A stretch of DNA of 64,000 nucleotides, taken from Octopus sinensis. Lineage: Eukaryota. Location: NCBI RefSeq assembly GCF_006345805.1, contig NC_043011.1, forward strand, positions 59,718,464 through 59,782,463, given 5' to 3'. This document shows, piece by piece, positions 13,638 to 25,808 of this stretch. Under the pieces are notes generated by a model, which worked only from the letters and a program-made list of their open reading frames with translations, was not told the DNA's origin and did not search any database. Numbering within the stretch: the stretch's first letter is position 1; the number at the start of each line of letters is the position of its first letter. The translations under genes were made by a program, and so were the position numbers.

Positions 13638-13849
13638 TAATGCTGCGATAATTAAAACAAATTTAATGCAATTTATAAATTTGTTCGGCAGCAGTAAATG
13701 TGTTAATGAATAAATGAATAAATGAAATTATATTCATATTCATGTACGAGACAATACGGGTGTTGCATGCGAATATACTGGTGTATCATGTGTGTTATAT
13801 ATTACATACTATGTGTGGTGTGTGTGTATGTGTGTGTGTATGTGTCGTA

Positions 13850-13882
<33 letters not shown>

Positions 13883-13893
13883 GATAATATATA

Positions 13894-13929
<36 letters not shown>

Positions 13930-14046
13930 TACATAAACGCATACACAATACATTTACGAATTTATACACACACGCACATATATATATACACATATTCATG
14001 TACATGAATATATAGAGAGATCATGTATGTGTGTATATCAATATAT

Positions 14047-14139
<93 letters not shown>

Positions 14140-14144
14140 TATAC

Positions 14145-14538
14145 TCTTTTATTCTTATATTTATTTCAGTCATTTGACTGCGGCTATGCTGGAGCACTGC
14201 TTTTATAGTCGAGCAAATCGACCCAAGAGCTTATTCTTTGTAAGCCTAGTACTTATTCCATCGGAACCGCTATGTGACGAGGACGTAAACCCACCTACAT
14301 TGGTTGTCAAGCAATGGTGGGAGGACAAACATATACACAAATAACAAATACACACACACACATACACACTCACATACGACGGGCTTCTTCCAGTTTCCGT
14401 CTACCAAATCCACTCACAAAGTTTTGGTCGGCCTGAGGCTATAGTAGAAGACACTTGTCCAAGTTGCTACGCAGTGGGACTGAACCCGGAACCAATGTGG
14501 TTGGGAAGCAAGCTTCTTACCACCCAACCACTCCTGCT
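14145..14538 (-). mobile_element. SINE family B, near full length
   Basis: Tail TTTCAGTCATTTGACTGCGGCTATGCTGGAGCAC through head GGAAGCAAGCTTCTTACCAC in reverse orientation. Confidence 0.85.
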
Positions 14539-15161
14539 GAGTAACACAAAGTAAAGTGTACTCAATACATATATTGTGGTGTTCATGCATTATATCGTGT
14601 TAGGAGGTCGGGCAACTGCGTGCTGGCGTCTCCATTAGCAACAGTGTATCTCTCTCAAATGGTCATTTCAAGTGGACTGTCCACCAACAACCTCTTCGAA
14701 ACTGCTTAAGGCTATCGAGGAAGAAACTAATTCTGAAAATGTAAAGAAAAAAAATATTTAGGAACCTAATTGTAATTGTGAAACAAGAAAATATTCTGAT
14801 CAGCCATGAATTAGGACATTGGGCTAGAGGACTGAAGATTCGATCTCAAAGTCATTCATTGTGAAATTGTTGATGTTGCTGATCGTTGTTGCTGTTGTTG
14901 TTGTTAAGCAACAAGACGGGTAAGGGTGATTAGGTGATGGTCTAGGACTTAGGGGTGGGAGACCCCAGACCTTGGAAAAAAAAATCTTTGGTCGTCTTGT
15001 TGTAGTCGAGGGCTCTTCGTTGACGCCCGACACCACTGGGTGGTGGCCCTCGAAGTCGCTGGAAATGGCGATCTCCAGGTCCAAATTCTTGGACGGCTGC
15101 TGTTGCTGATGCTGCCGTTGCTTCTGATGCGGTTGTTGTATTTGTTGTTGTTGCTGTTGTT

Positions 15162-15526
15162 GTTGAGCGAAGCGGTCTTCGTCCCATTAGTGGGAGAAGT
15201 CCGAAACGTGGCCCTTTGCTATTCGTAAGACCCGCAGAAGAGAAAGCAGGTCAACCCCCGACACCGAGAGCATCGACGGATGGATGAATGCGCATCCAGG
15301 CTCAGCGGTTGCGTAGGAAGTCGGGGACAAGAAACAGGAAGAAAGAGTGAGAGAAATTTGGAGCGAAAGAGTACAACAGGGGTCGCCACCACCCTCTGCC
15401 ACTGCCTCGTGGAGCTTTAGGTGTTTTTCGCTCAATAAACACACACAACGCCCGGTCTGGGAATCGAAGCCGCGATCCTCCGACCGCGAGTCCGCTGCCC
15501 TAACCATTGGGCTATTGCGCCTCCAC
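15162..15526 (-). mobile_element. tRNA(Arg-like)-derived SINE, family C, tail type 1
   Basis: Minus: GTGGAGGCGCAATAGCCCAATGGTTAGGGCAGCGGACTCGCGGTCGGAGGATCGCGGCTTCGATTCCC..., ends CGCTCAACAAC; flanked by CAACAGCAACAAC-like repeats. Confidence 0.9.
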
Positions 15527-16617
15527 TGTTGTTGCTGTTGATCAAATAAGATTACCATTGTTCCAGCCAACCAGTCAACCATTTACAGCCAGAGCACATT
15601 AAAAAAAAACCCGTCTTAGAAAAAATCTGGAAAAATTTGCAGGCATCTTAAATATTATAGAGTCAAAATATTTGTGTACAAAAAACAACCCAAAATAAAT
15701 AAGGGTTTTTTAAGTGTTATTAGAGCCGAGATTTGACTACTATGTCTAGTAACTCGAATGACCACCTAGAGGATCGTCGGTTGACTTATGTAATGTTTAT
15801 TCTGTTTTATTAGTGTTTACTGACGGTAATGACAGAGGTATTAATGGGACAGAGGCATAGGTTGTTGTCCTCGTGCTATCACTTACAGCCTCAGCATAAA
15901 TGTTCGTCGCCGTCGTTGTTACAACAATTGTTGTTTAGCCCCAGGCTGGATCTTATTTCGCAAACCTCTGACGCCTCCCCAATCCCGTGGCCTTCATCGC
16001 CAACCACAGTGTATCCAGAACCACATTAACCTACGTGTTCCGGCTTTGTTTTTGTACTTTCTTTTCCAAACTCCCTGCCATTGGCTCCTTGTACTTCCTG
16101 CCACCATCGCCATTGTTTTTACTCTCCTCTCTCTAATATTCCTCCTCTTCCTACTTCCTTCTCCATTTCGTCATTAACAACAGCGATAAACTCAATTAAT
16201 AACAACAACATAATCAACATTTTATTTACATTTTACCACTTCCTCACATTGCTTCATATTCTTCTCCTCCCACCACCCTTCCAATACCGTAACGCTCCCC
16301 CTCTCTCTCACTCTCTTTTCTCTCCTCTTCCTCCCTCACATCTCTCCTATATCTGTCTGTTTCTAGAGAACCGTTCCACGCTCGATAACCTCATCTCCCT
16401 CATTTTGATCAACCCATTAAACTTCGTGCGCAGAGGGGACCAGCGGATACCTGATACCAGGCATTGGGAAGAAACCTCTCGAGATGTGAAAACTTAGCGA
16501 ATAATCGATTAGTGGGGAGTGGCGGGGGGGGGGGGCAAAAGGGTTATTCTTCTAATGAACAAAGAAGAGAACGTGTGGGAGAGTCAACTGCAGCATGCGA
16601 ATGCGCATCCCTATATG

Positions 16618-16675
<58 letters not shown>

Positions 16676-16943
16676 TAATAATAATAATGATGATGGTGAG
16701 GAGGAGGATAATAATAATATATACACACACACACGCACACGCACACACGCACGCACACACACACATACACACACACATATATATATATATGTGGGTGTTG
16801 TTCGGAGGGCATACATGCTTTGACATTATGTGCGGGGTCGGGTGTGTGTTTGTGTGTTTTGTAATAAGATAGGGATGTACATTGGATCATTCATTAGAGG
16901 GTAAATGTATGCGTTAACGTGTGTGTTGTGTGTGTGTGTGTAT

Positions 16944-16980
<37 letters not shown>

Positions 16981-17899
16981 CGTGGAAATCTTGTGAATAA
17001 CGTGACTGCTACTGTGAAGGCGTTGGTCTGATCGAACGGTTGAGATGTCTGCCTCACAATCATGCCATACGTGGTTCGATCTCGAATGGAACTTTGGTTA
17101 AGCGTCTTATAGCATGGCTTCGAATCGATATCAGGTGTTGCTCAGGGGCCAAACGTGTTTCAGCCCCAAGGGATGCATGTTGGTCAGGTGATTCCATGTG
17201 CTGTAAAAAAAAAGTAATTTGGTCAAGCGTCTCGTACTAGAGCTTCGAATCAATCCCAAATGATACCCCTTTCGTCAAGTCTTTAGTGCCGTAGCTTCGA
17301 ATCGATCTCAAAAGTTGCATTTTGTGGAATATTCAGCGTCGAAACCAACGAAAGGAGAGAACGCACTTCGAGCGTCTGTGCAGAGGGAAATTAATTTTCC
17401 GTGTGTCTCAGTTAAGATTTGGCGAAAAATCCTGGAAAAGTGAATTAAACTAGTTGTTCATTAAAGAGGCACCAAACTTCAGGAAGAACAGCAAAACTGA
17501 GTATTTGAGAAACTTGAAGCATTAACAACTGGGAACAATGAAGGACAATGCTGAACTTAGTGTGATTTGAACTAGGAATAACGGGAACCAAAATAAATAA
17601 CGAGAAGGAATTCTATCCGAAGTTTCTAAAAAACTTGACCAATTCTCTGTTAGCTGTGTATTTCCGAAATAGCTGTATGTTTCATGTATTCCTTATAATG
17701 ACCGTGTATGACAAGAAAAGATATTTGAAATACAGCGAAGTCCATCTAACTACCGTCGAATATTTTAAGCCAAAATTTACAACCCAAGACGACCGTGAAG
17801 GACAAGAAAATCCGTATTGAATGGAGCAAGATTTTATAGTGCTAAAAGCTTAAGCAATCTTGTGCCTTTCAAATGGTGTCCCCTCGCTGGCCTACATCC

Positions 17900-18072
17900 C
17901 CACCTGAATCGCATGCCAATCTGTCGCAGGGTGATCCGTTTAGAGGTGAGTGGACTGGACCAACGTGAAATGAAGTATTTTGCTCAAGAACACAATGCAC
18001 TGTCTGTCTGTCTGAGAATCGAAACCACAATTTTACGAGCAGGAATGCAACTCCCTAACCCTCTACGCCACA
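17900..18072 (-). mobile_element. tRNA-derived SINE, family F
   Basis: Minus: TGTGGCGTAGAGGGTTAGG..GGTTTCGATTCTC..GTGTTCTTGAGCAAAATACTTCATTTCACGTTGGTCCAGTCCACTCA. Confidence 0.65.
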
Positions 18073-18101
18073 CACACACATAACATTTTATATTATATAT
18101 A

Positions 18102-18890
18102 TATTTCTTTACTACCCACAAGGGGCTAAACACAGAGGGGACAAACAAGGACAGACAAACCGCGATAGGTGTACCGCGATATGGCGAGGGATTACTTTAT
18201 ATATATACATCGAACCCAGTGCGTAACTGGTACTTAATTTATCGACCCTGAAAGGATGAAAGGCAAAGTCGACCTCGGCGGAATTTGAACTCAGAACGTA
18301 GCGACAGACGAAATACCTATTTCTTTACTACCCACAAGGGGCTAAACACAGAGAGGACAAACAAGGACAGACAAACGGATTAAGTCAATTGCATCGAACC
18401 CAGTGCGTAACTGGTACTCAATTTATCGACCCCGAAAGGATGAAGGGCAAAATCGACCTCGGCGGAATTTGAACTCAGAACGTAACGGCAGACGAAATAC
18501 CTATTTCTTTACTACCCACAAGGGGCTAAACACAGAGGGGACAAACAAGGACAGACAAACGGATTAAGTCAATTACATCGAACCCAGTGCGTAACTGGTA
18601 CTCGATTTATCGACCCCGAAAGGATGAAAGGCAAAGTCGACCTCGGCGGAATTTGAACTCAGAACGTAACGGCAGACGAAATACCTATTTCTTTACTACC
18701 CACAAGGGGCTACACACAGAGGGGACAAACAAGGACAGACAAACGGATTAAGTCAATTACATCGAACCCAGTGCGTAACTGGTACTCGATTTATCGACCT
18801 CGGCGGAATTTGAACTCAGAACGTAACGGCAGACGAAATACCGCTAAGCATTCCGCCTGACGAGCTAACGCTTCTGCCAGCTCACCGCCT
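18102..18890 (-). mobile_element. SINE family A head followed by a tandem array of four body units (184-bp period)
   Basis: TATTTCTTTACTACCC recurs at 18102, 18318, 18502, 18686; a single head lies at about 18835-18890. Confidence 0.9.
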
Positions 18891-19166
18891 TATTTCATAT
18901 TATATTATATTATATATGCGAGGGTATATGTGCATGTGTATCCATGTGCCTTTGTGTGTATTTACGTTTAAATAAAGTCTGCTGATATAAAGAATAAATA
19001 TGAATAAAGACTGAAAGTTGATCGTGCTCACGTTTCTATTTCTTTTCAAATATTTACATATTTATGTCAGCGAGTTTAGTTTTCTGGAAATGTAAACATG
19101 TGTTCGCCTTCAACCCCGGTTAAAAAGCTATGCATTTAAATGTACACATACACACACATCTGTGTG

Positions 19167-19225
<59 letters not shown>

Positions 19226-19234
19226 TTTTTTTTT

Positions 19235-19440
19235 GTACTTGTTTCAGTCATTTGACTGCGGCCATGCTGGAGCACCGCCTTTAGAGTGGTGAAAGAGTAC
19301 AGCAGGGATCACCACCATCCCCTGCCGGAGCCTCGTGGAGCTTTTAGGTGTTTTCGCTCAATAAACACACACAACGCCCGGTCTGGGAATCGAAACCGCG
19401 ATCCTCCGACCGCAAGTCCGCTGCCCTAACCACTGGGCCA
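19235..19440 (-). mobile_element. Chimeric SINE: family C head plus family B tail
   Basis: Minus: TGGCCCAGTGGTTAGGGCAGCGG...CTCTTTCACCACT then CTAAAGGCGGTGCTCCAGCATGGCCGCAGTCAAATGACTGAAACAAG. Confidence 0.8.
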
Positions 19441-19455
19441 TATATATATATGTAT

Positions 19456-19682
19456 AAAGTAATCCCTCGTCATATCGCGGTTCACCTATGGCGGTTTATT
19501 ATTTAAGCTTACGTCGATTCCTCCGTGGTGTGTTGTTTTGCATTTATAATAAAATAAATATAAATAAATTATAAAAATAATTTTAAAAAATATACACTAC
19601 AGTATTATATCTACTACGCGGATTTTCACCTATCGCGGGTTGTTTTGGAACGTACACCCACGATAGTCGAGGAGTTACGAGC
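19456..19682. mobile_element. pogo/Tigger-like MITE
   Basis: Left TA|AAGTAATCCCTCGTCATATCGCGG; degenerate right end CACGATAGTCGAGGAGTTAC. Confidence 0.5.
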
Positions 19683-19707
19683 ACACACCACACACAACAT
19701 ATATATC

Positions 19708-19747
<40 letters not shown>

Positions 19748-20129
19748 TATCTATATAAAGGATCTGGATGAAACAATGCTGACCAAATAATTTAAGTAGG
19801 GAGAGTGTATTTAATTAGGTGAAAGTTCTTTTTACCGGTTGCGCATTTGTTATGCTTATCAAAAGATATTTTGAGTGAGATAGAGTTCCTTTCTGATTGA
19901 TTTTTTTCTCAGGGACAGCACTTGTGCGAAACGATCGTAAGATGCTTTAAAAACTTAATTCAAAACTTTTAAACTGTCATATATATTATATATTTATACT
20001 TATACACATTTACATATATTTATATTTTTAATACAACAATTATTTTATATACATATATATCTTTCTGAAGAATTTTCTAATATTGCTTTCCTGATATCAA
20101 TAATAATATATTATAATATATATATATAT

Positions 20130-20161
<32 letters not shown>

Positions 20162-20204
20162 ACACTTGTAATATTAGTTTCAAATTTTGGCACAAGGTCA
20201 GCAA

Positions 20205-20375
20205 ATTCAGCGAAGTCAATTACAGCGACACCAGTGCTCAGCTTGTACTTGTTTAATTGACCATGAAAAATGAAAAGGAAAATCGACCGCGGCGGAAATT
20301 GAACTCAGAACGTAACGACGTATGAAATGCTGTTAAGCATCTTACTAAACGTGCTAACGATTCAGCCAACTCGTT
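20205..20375 (-). mobile_element. SINE family A
   Basis: Reverse complement of the A head and core. Confidence 0.75.
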
Positions 20376-20439
20376 GTCTTGAATATTATGAATATTGAAT
20401 GTACTTCCACATCCTGAAGGAATGGAGAGCGTATGGGAT

Positions 20440-20635
20440 TGATTTGCTGGACATAGCAGCCACATCTCCCTCAAGTCACATTCTGACATTTGGGAAAAGG
20501 AAACGTTGGATTATGTGTTCTTGGGGATTCTTTGCACATTGAGAAAAAAGACGGGATGGTCATGGCTGGAATGCCTTTGAGCATATGACTGTTTGATCAG
20601 AGGTAACTTCGTGCTAAATAGCAAAAGTAGTAACA
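20440..20635. mobile_element. Unclassified interspersed repeat (family I) ending in a CAA-rich tract
   Basis: GATGGTCATGGCTGGAATGCCTTTGA..GCTAAATAGCAAAAGTAGTAAC is the reverse complement of about 35810-35890. Confidence 0.6.
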
Positions 20636-20732
20636 ACAACTCTAACAGCAACAACAACAACAACAACAATTGCAAAAGCAACAAATGTCACAACAACAGC
20701 AGTATCTGCAACAGTTGTAACAGCAACTGCAA

Positions 20733-21090
20733 GTGGAGGCGCAATGGCCCAATGGTTTGGGCAGCGGACTCGCGGTCGGAGGTTCGCGGTTTCGATTCCC
20801 AGACCGGGCGTTGTGTGTGTTTATTGAGCGAAGGCACCTACAGCTCCACGAGTCTCCGGCAGGGGATGGTGGCGACCCCCTGTTGTACTCTTTCGCCCCA
20901 ACTTTCTCTCACTCTTTCTTCCTGTTTCTTGTCCCCGACTTCCTACGCAACCACTGAGCCTGGATGCGCATTCATCCATCCGTCGATGCTCTCAGTGTCG
21001 GGGGTTGGCCTGCTTTCTCTTCTGCGGGTCTTCCGAATAACAAAGGACCACGTTTCGGACTTCTAGGACGAAGACCGCTTCGCTCAACAA
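20733..21090 (+). mobile_element. SINE family C, tail type 1
   Basis: Full C head and tail, homologous to 15162-15526 and 35348-35718. Confidence 0.9.
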
Positions 21091-21269
21091 ACAAACAAAC
21101 AAACAACAATAGCAATAACGACAATAGCAACGATAATAAAAACAGCCACAAAAACAACAACAACAATAACAACATCAACGACAGTCACTGTTTGATAATT
21201 AATTATGCAGCATTAATGTGACGAGACGACAAAATCGTTGATGAGAGAGAAAAATTGCAATATGCGATT

Positions 21270-21400
21270 TGGTATTTCTTTCTTCGGCTCTTTACGTTCT
21301 GAGTTCAAATCTCGATGAGGTCGACTTCGTCTTAATGCCTTTCAGCTCTTCGGGGGCGATAAAAAAAGGAAGTACCGATCAAGTACTGAGGAAGATGCAA
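21270..21400 (+). mobile_element. SINE family A, degenerate
   Basis: TTACGTTCTGAGTTCAAATC..GAGGTCGACTT..GATAAAAAAAGGAAGTACC. Confidence 0.65.
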
Positions 21401-21430
21401 GCCAATAACCATTTGACTCAAAATCATTGG

Positions 21431-21500
21431 CATTGTACTTTCATTGTACTTTCATTGTACTTTCATTGTACTTTCATTGTACTTTCATTGTACTTTCATT
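21431..21500. repeat. 11-bp minisatellite (CATTGTACTTT) x6.4
   Basis: Perfect tandem units starting at 21431. Confidence 0.95.
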
Positions 21501-21635
21501 AGCAACACAATTATTTTGTATTCCACAAAATTCATACATTTTCATGCCTTGTATTTATCTATTTGCATTTTTGCTTACGTCACTCGTTCCATCTCTGTCT
21601 GCCTGTTTGTCTGTCTGTCTGTCTCTTTCACTCAC

Positions 21636-21694
<59 letters not shown>

Positions 21695-21953
21695 CTCTAG
21701 TTCTACTTCATCCTTTCGCTTCCATTTTTCACTTTCATATCTTTATCCTTCTCATTTCTCATCTCTTTCCCATTTCCTCAATTCTTATTTCTCTTCCTTT
21801 ACTTGACTCCCCTCTCTGTCTCCGTCTCTGTCTCTCTCTCTCTCTCTCTCTCTGTCTGTCAGTCTGTCTTTCTCTCTCTCTCTATCTATCCCGATCATAC
21901 ATTCTTCTCCTACAACACGCTCATATAGACATACATATAAACATATACACAAA

Positions 21954-22039
<86 letters not shown>

Positions 22040-22904
22040 TTATTGTTCCCTACAATTTCACACACACACACACACTCACAAACTCCTATTACTGACGGCA
22101 GTTCCTTTGCGACCATTTCCATAGATAGAATTACAGCGTAAGGACAGTGATGCCCAAAGCGCGAAACAATGCATTATTCTTCCTTTTTTTTATTATTGCA
22201 ATCGCCATCATCCTCATCAACCTCCTCCTCCTCCACCTCCTCCTCTTCCCCACCCTCATCAACATTATCGTCATCACCACCACCACCACTGCTAGAGTAA
22301 TCCAGCAACGCCATTCGCATCTCTTTCTTTCTTTCTCTCTCTCTCCCTATATATATATAAGTATATATATACACACATATATATATATGCATGTATATAA
22401 ATATTTATATATATATATGTATATGTATATATATATATATGTATGTATATATACATATATATATGTATGTATATAAATATTTATAAATATATATATGCAT
22501 GTATATATATACATATATATATGTATATATATGTATGTATATATACATATATATATATATGTACATACACACATTTATATATATGAATACATATATATAT
22601 ATATATATAAATACACATATATATGTGGGTGTGTATGTGTGTGTGCGTGTGTCTATACGAATGAGTAGACAAACCAAAAGTAGCACTCAATCCATTTAGT
22701 AGGAATTGCATATATATTTAATAGCAATTTGACGCAGTCTCACGCTATTTAATTTTTAGTGGAGTGAAAATTGGAGTGAAAATTTAAATCCAGATGCACC
22801 AACCATCTTCCTACCTTTAGGCATACCCACAAAAGACATACAACATATATATATATATATCCATATATTTATGGATAGATATATATGTATATATATTTTT
22901 TTTT

Positions 22905-23115
22905 TCAAGGGCCCACAGCTTTTTAATATTCTCCCAAAGAGTCTGAGGAACTTGCATAAAGTAGATGTAGTGTTTTTAAATCAAAGCTGGACCTCTTCCT
23001 GTCGAGAGTCCCAGATGAACCTACCTCACGGCAAGAGGTGCAAATGAGGATAGCTATATCAAACTCCATCCTTCACCAAGTGCCACATATTAGAGGAGGT
23101 TCTTAGTAATAACAG
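22905..23115 (+). mobile_element. CR1/L2-like LINE ORF2 3' remnant
   Basis: Translates FKGPQLFNILPKSLRNLHKVD.. then (shifted frame) KLDLFLSRVPDEPTSRQEVQMR, a typical CR1-group ORF2 C-terminus. Confidence 0.65.
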
Positions 23116-23121
23116 TGTAGC

Positions 23122-23157
<36 letters not shown>

Positions 23158-23604
23158 GTTCAGCAAAATTTAGATTCAGATGAATATGGTACTTAAGTTA
23201 AAGGCACCAGAATTTTGTATGGTATTATCCATATAAACCAAATGGAGTGATTATAATCAAAATAAGCAAAACTCGACATTTTAAAACTGATGTAATACTT
23301 ACAGTGTTTAATAAAATCAAGTAGTATAAAACAATTGTACTACTCTACCTAGGATATCCTTGTTGCTTATTTTATATATATATATATACAAAATAAGAAA
23401 ATGGAGAAATACATCCAAATCAAATATCAACTACCAGATAATACCCAATCACATACTTTATTAAACCACCACATAAGAAACTTTAAGGTCAAACATAATA
23501 ATATAGGACAAAACAGTGTACATAAAGGAGTAATATGATACAATATGTACAATATGTATAAGAGAATGTAAATATAAATAAATATAAATATAAATATAAA
23601 CTAC

Positions 23605-23731
23605 ATCTTACAGCTGTTTTCGGCCTGCAGATAAGTATGTCTCGTTTTACTCATATTAGTCATGTGTGGTAGGTCAATATGTAGTTATAAATGAGACATT
23701 TACAAAAATATCCTAAGGCCTCTTCGGAGAT
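23605..23731 (-). ncRNA. Minimal HHR-like motif with long helix-II loop
   Basis: Minus: ATCT CCGAAGA GGCCT..(long loop with GTCTC/GAGAC)..AGGCC GAAA(A) CAGCTG TA AGAT. Confidence 0.55.
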
Positions 23732-23993
23732 TATGAAATACAAACCAAATTACATATACACTTATATAAGTGTGGGTACATACCCATAATAAACCATATA
23801 CATATACATATGAGTGCATATACTCATACTCCTATACATATACACATACATGATAATATAAATAATATAAATCAATAAACATACATATGTTCCATATTCA
23901 ATGTTATCCCATGGAGGGTTGCATTTACAACCCCTGTCTCAATTTGTATATATATATATATATGTATGTATGTATGTATGTATATGTATAAGT

Positions 23994-24031
<38 letters not shown>

Positions 24032-24084
24032 GGTTCTCAAATATGGAATGAAACACAGAACCGCAATCGTTTAAATCTAACAGA

Positions 24085-24230
24085 ATAGCTGATTCCCATT
24101 TCATTCCTCCAACGCCTGAAGAATGAAAACCAAAGTTGACGTTGGTGGAATTTGAACTATGAAACTAAAAGTCACTTAACTAAATTCTTCGAGGCGTTTT
24201 GTTGTCCTCTTTCTACCGATCCTACCAATC
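24085..24230 (-). mobile_element. SINE family A, old
   Basis: GAATGAAAACCAAAGTTGACGTTGGTGGAATTTGAAC is the reverse complement of the A core. Confidence 0.55.
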
Positions 24231-24734
24231 CAAGAATGAATATGATCAATTGGAATCGAAATCAGTCAGTAATCCATCAAGGATCATTAGCGAGTTTATT
24301 TAAAACCTGAAGAAGAGATTTGGAAGAGAGCAAAAAGTGATTAGCTAATAGCTGGGTAGGGCTTTTGATCTCGTAAATGCATGCAATGTGTGGCGCTTGT
24401 ACAGAAGAGGTGTGTGTGTGTAGGCTTGTGTTTCTGTGTGCGTATGCCTGTGTGTGTGCTTTTATATCAATATACGTAGTAGTGTATATGTGTTCATGTT
24501 CACATATGTAACTATATACTCTCATACAAAACAAACTTACACTACACAGCCACGCACACACACACACACACACGCACACGCACACACGCGCATATATATA
24601 AATTTATGTATATATATATGTGTGTATGTGTATGTGTGTGTGTGAGTGTATGTGTGTATGTGTGTGTGAGTGTGTGAGTGTGTGCAAGTGCATTCAGTGT
24701 ATGTATATGTGTAGATATATGTATATATACACGT

Positions 24735-24735
24735 A

Positions 24736-24820
<85 letters not shown>

Positions 24821-25015
24821 GTCTATCTATCTATCTATCTACCTATCTAACTATCTATCTATCTATCTATCTTTCTGTCTATCTATCTATCTATCTATCT
24901 ATCTACCTATCTACCTATCTATCTATCTATCTATCTATCTTTCTGTCTATCTATCTATCTATCTATCTTATCTACCTATCTATCTATCTGTATCTCTGTC
25001 TGTCTGTTTGTCTAT
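24735..25015. repeat. (TCTA)n microsatellite
   Basis: Tandem TCTA/TCTG. Confidence 0.95.
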
Positions 25016-25775
25016 CTATATGCCTGTTTGTCTATCAGCCCACCTATGTACAGTAAACAAGAGAGAGAGAGAGAGAGAGAGAGAGTGTGTGTGTGAGAGA
25101 TGGGAAAGATAGATTTTAGCACATATGTGTAAATATGTTGTTTATGCAAACATAAACACACACACACACAGACAAACCCCAACACAATCATTCGTGCTAA
25201 GGTGTATTTCTCATCCCTCTCTGCGAATGCGAGCGTAGACCAGATAAATAAATAGACAGACAGACAGACACCAACTTTCAATTGACATTCAATTAAATCA
25301 CAGACTGGGAGTTTGGCATAGGCTTACACAATGTACATGCGTTTGTGTGTCTCTAAGTATATTTGTGTGTGTGTGTGTATATATATATATATTATTTATT
25401 AAAATTTTATGTATTGATTAAGTCTTTCCTTGTTTTTTGCAAAATAGTGGTTTTGTCTCTAATAATATTTTATAATATTTTACTATAAAATCGATTTACT
25501 AAATCTGATTTTTTCCCTGTAAATTTGGATTTATTCCCTAATATTATTATTATTATCTATAATATATATATATATATATATATAGATATATATATATATA
25601 TATATATTATATATCTATATGCATATGTATGTGTAGTATATGTATACATATGTAAAGCATATATACATATATATACATACATATATATATACAATAACCA
25701 TATATAATGTATATCTAATATCTATATACCATATATTAATTATATATATATATGTATATACATATATATAAGGTA

Positions 25776-25808
<33 letters not shown>

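Noticed and set aside
15185-15215. CCGAAACGTGG in the antisense of the SINE C tail
   Set aside because: G at position 17 and no CUGANGA box.
16340-16480. Exon-like unique stretch after a pyrimidine tract (..TTTCTAG|AGAACC)
   Set aside because: The frame ends in a stop with no clear donor, and I recognise no homology.
17040-17345. Three or four repeats of GCTTCGAATCGATC
   Set aside because: Best explained as decayed SINE-head fragments; no regular period.
17610-17680. CCGAAATAGCTGTATG resembling an HHR right half
   Set aside because: The upstream core and helix I cannot be aligned without several edits.
18102-18890. CRISPR-like or rDNA-like array
   Set aside because: The units are whole SINE bodies without unique spacers, and the context is eukaryotic.
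23270-23350. CTGATGT ... TAAAACAATTGTACT resembling an HHR
   Set aside because: Both core boxes are mutated and helix I is unpaired; too degenerate to support.
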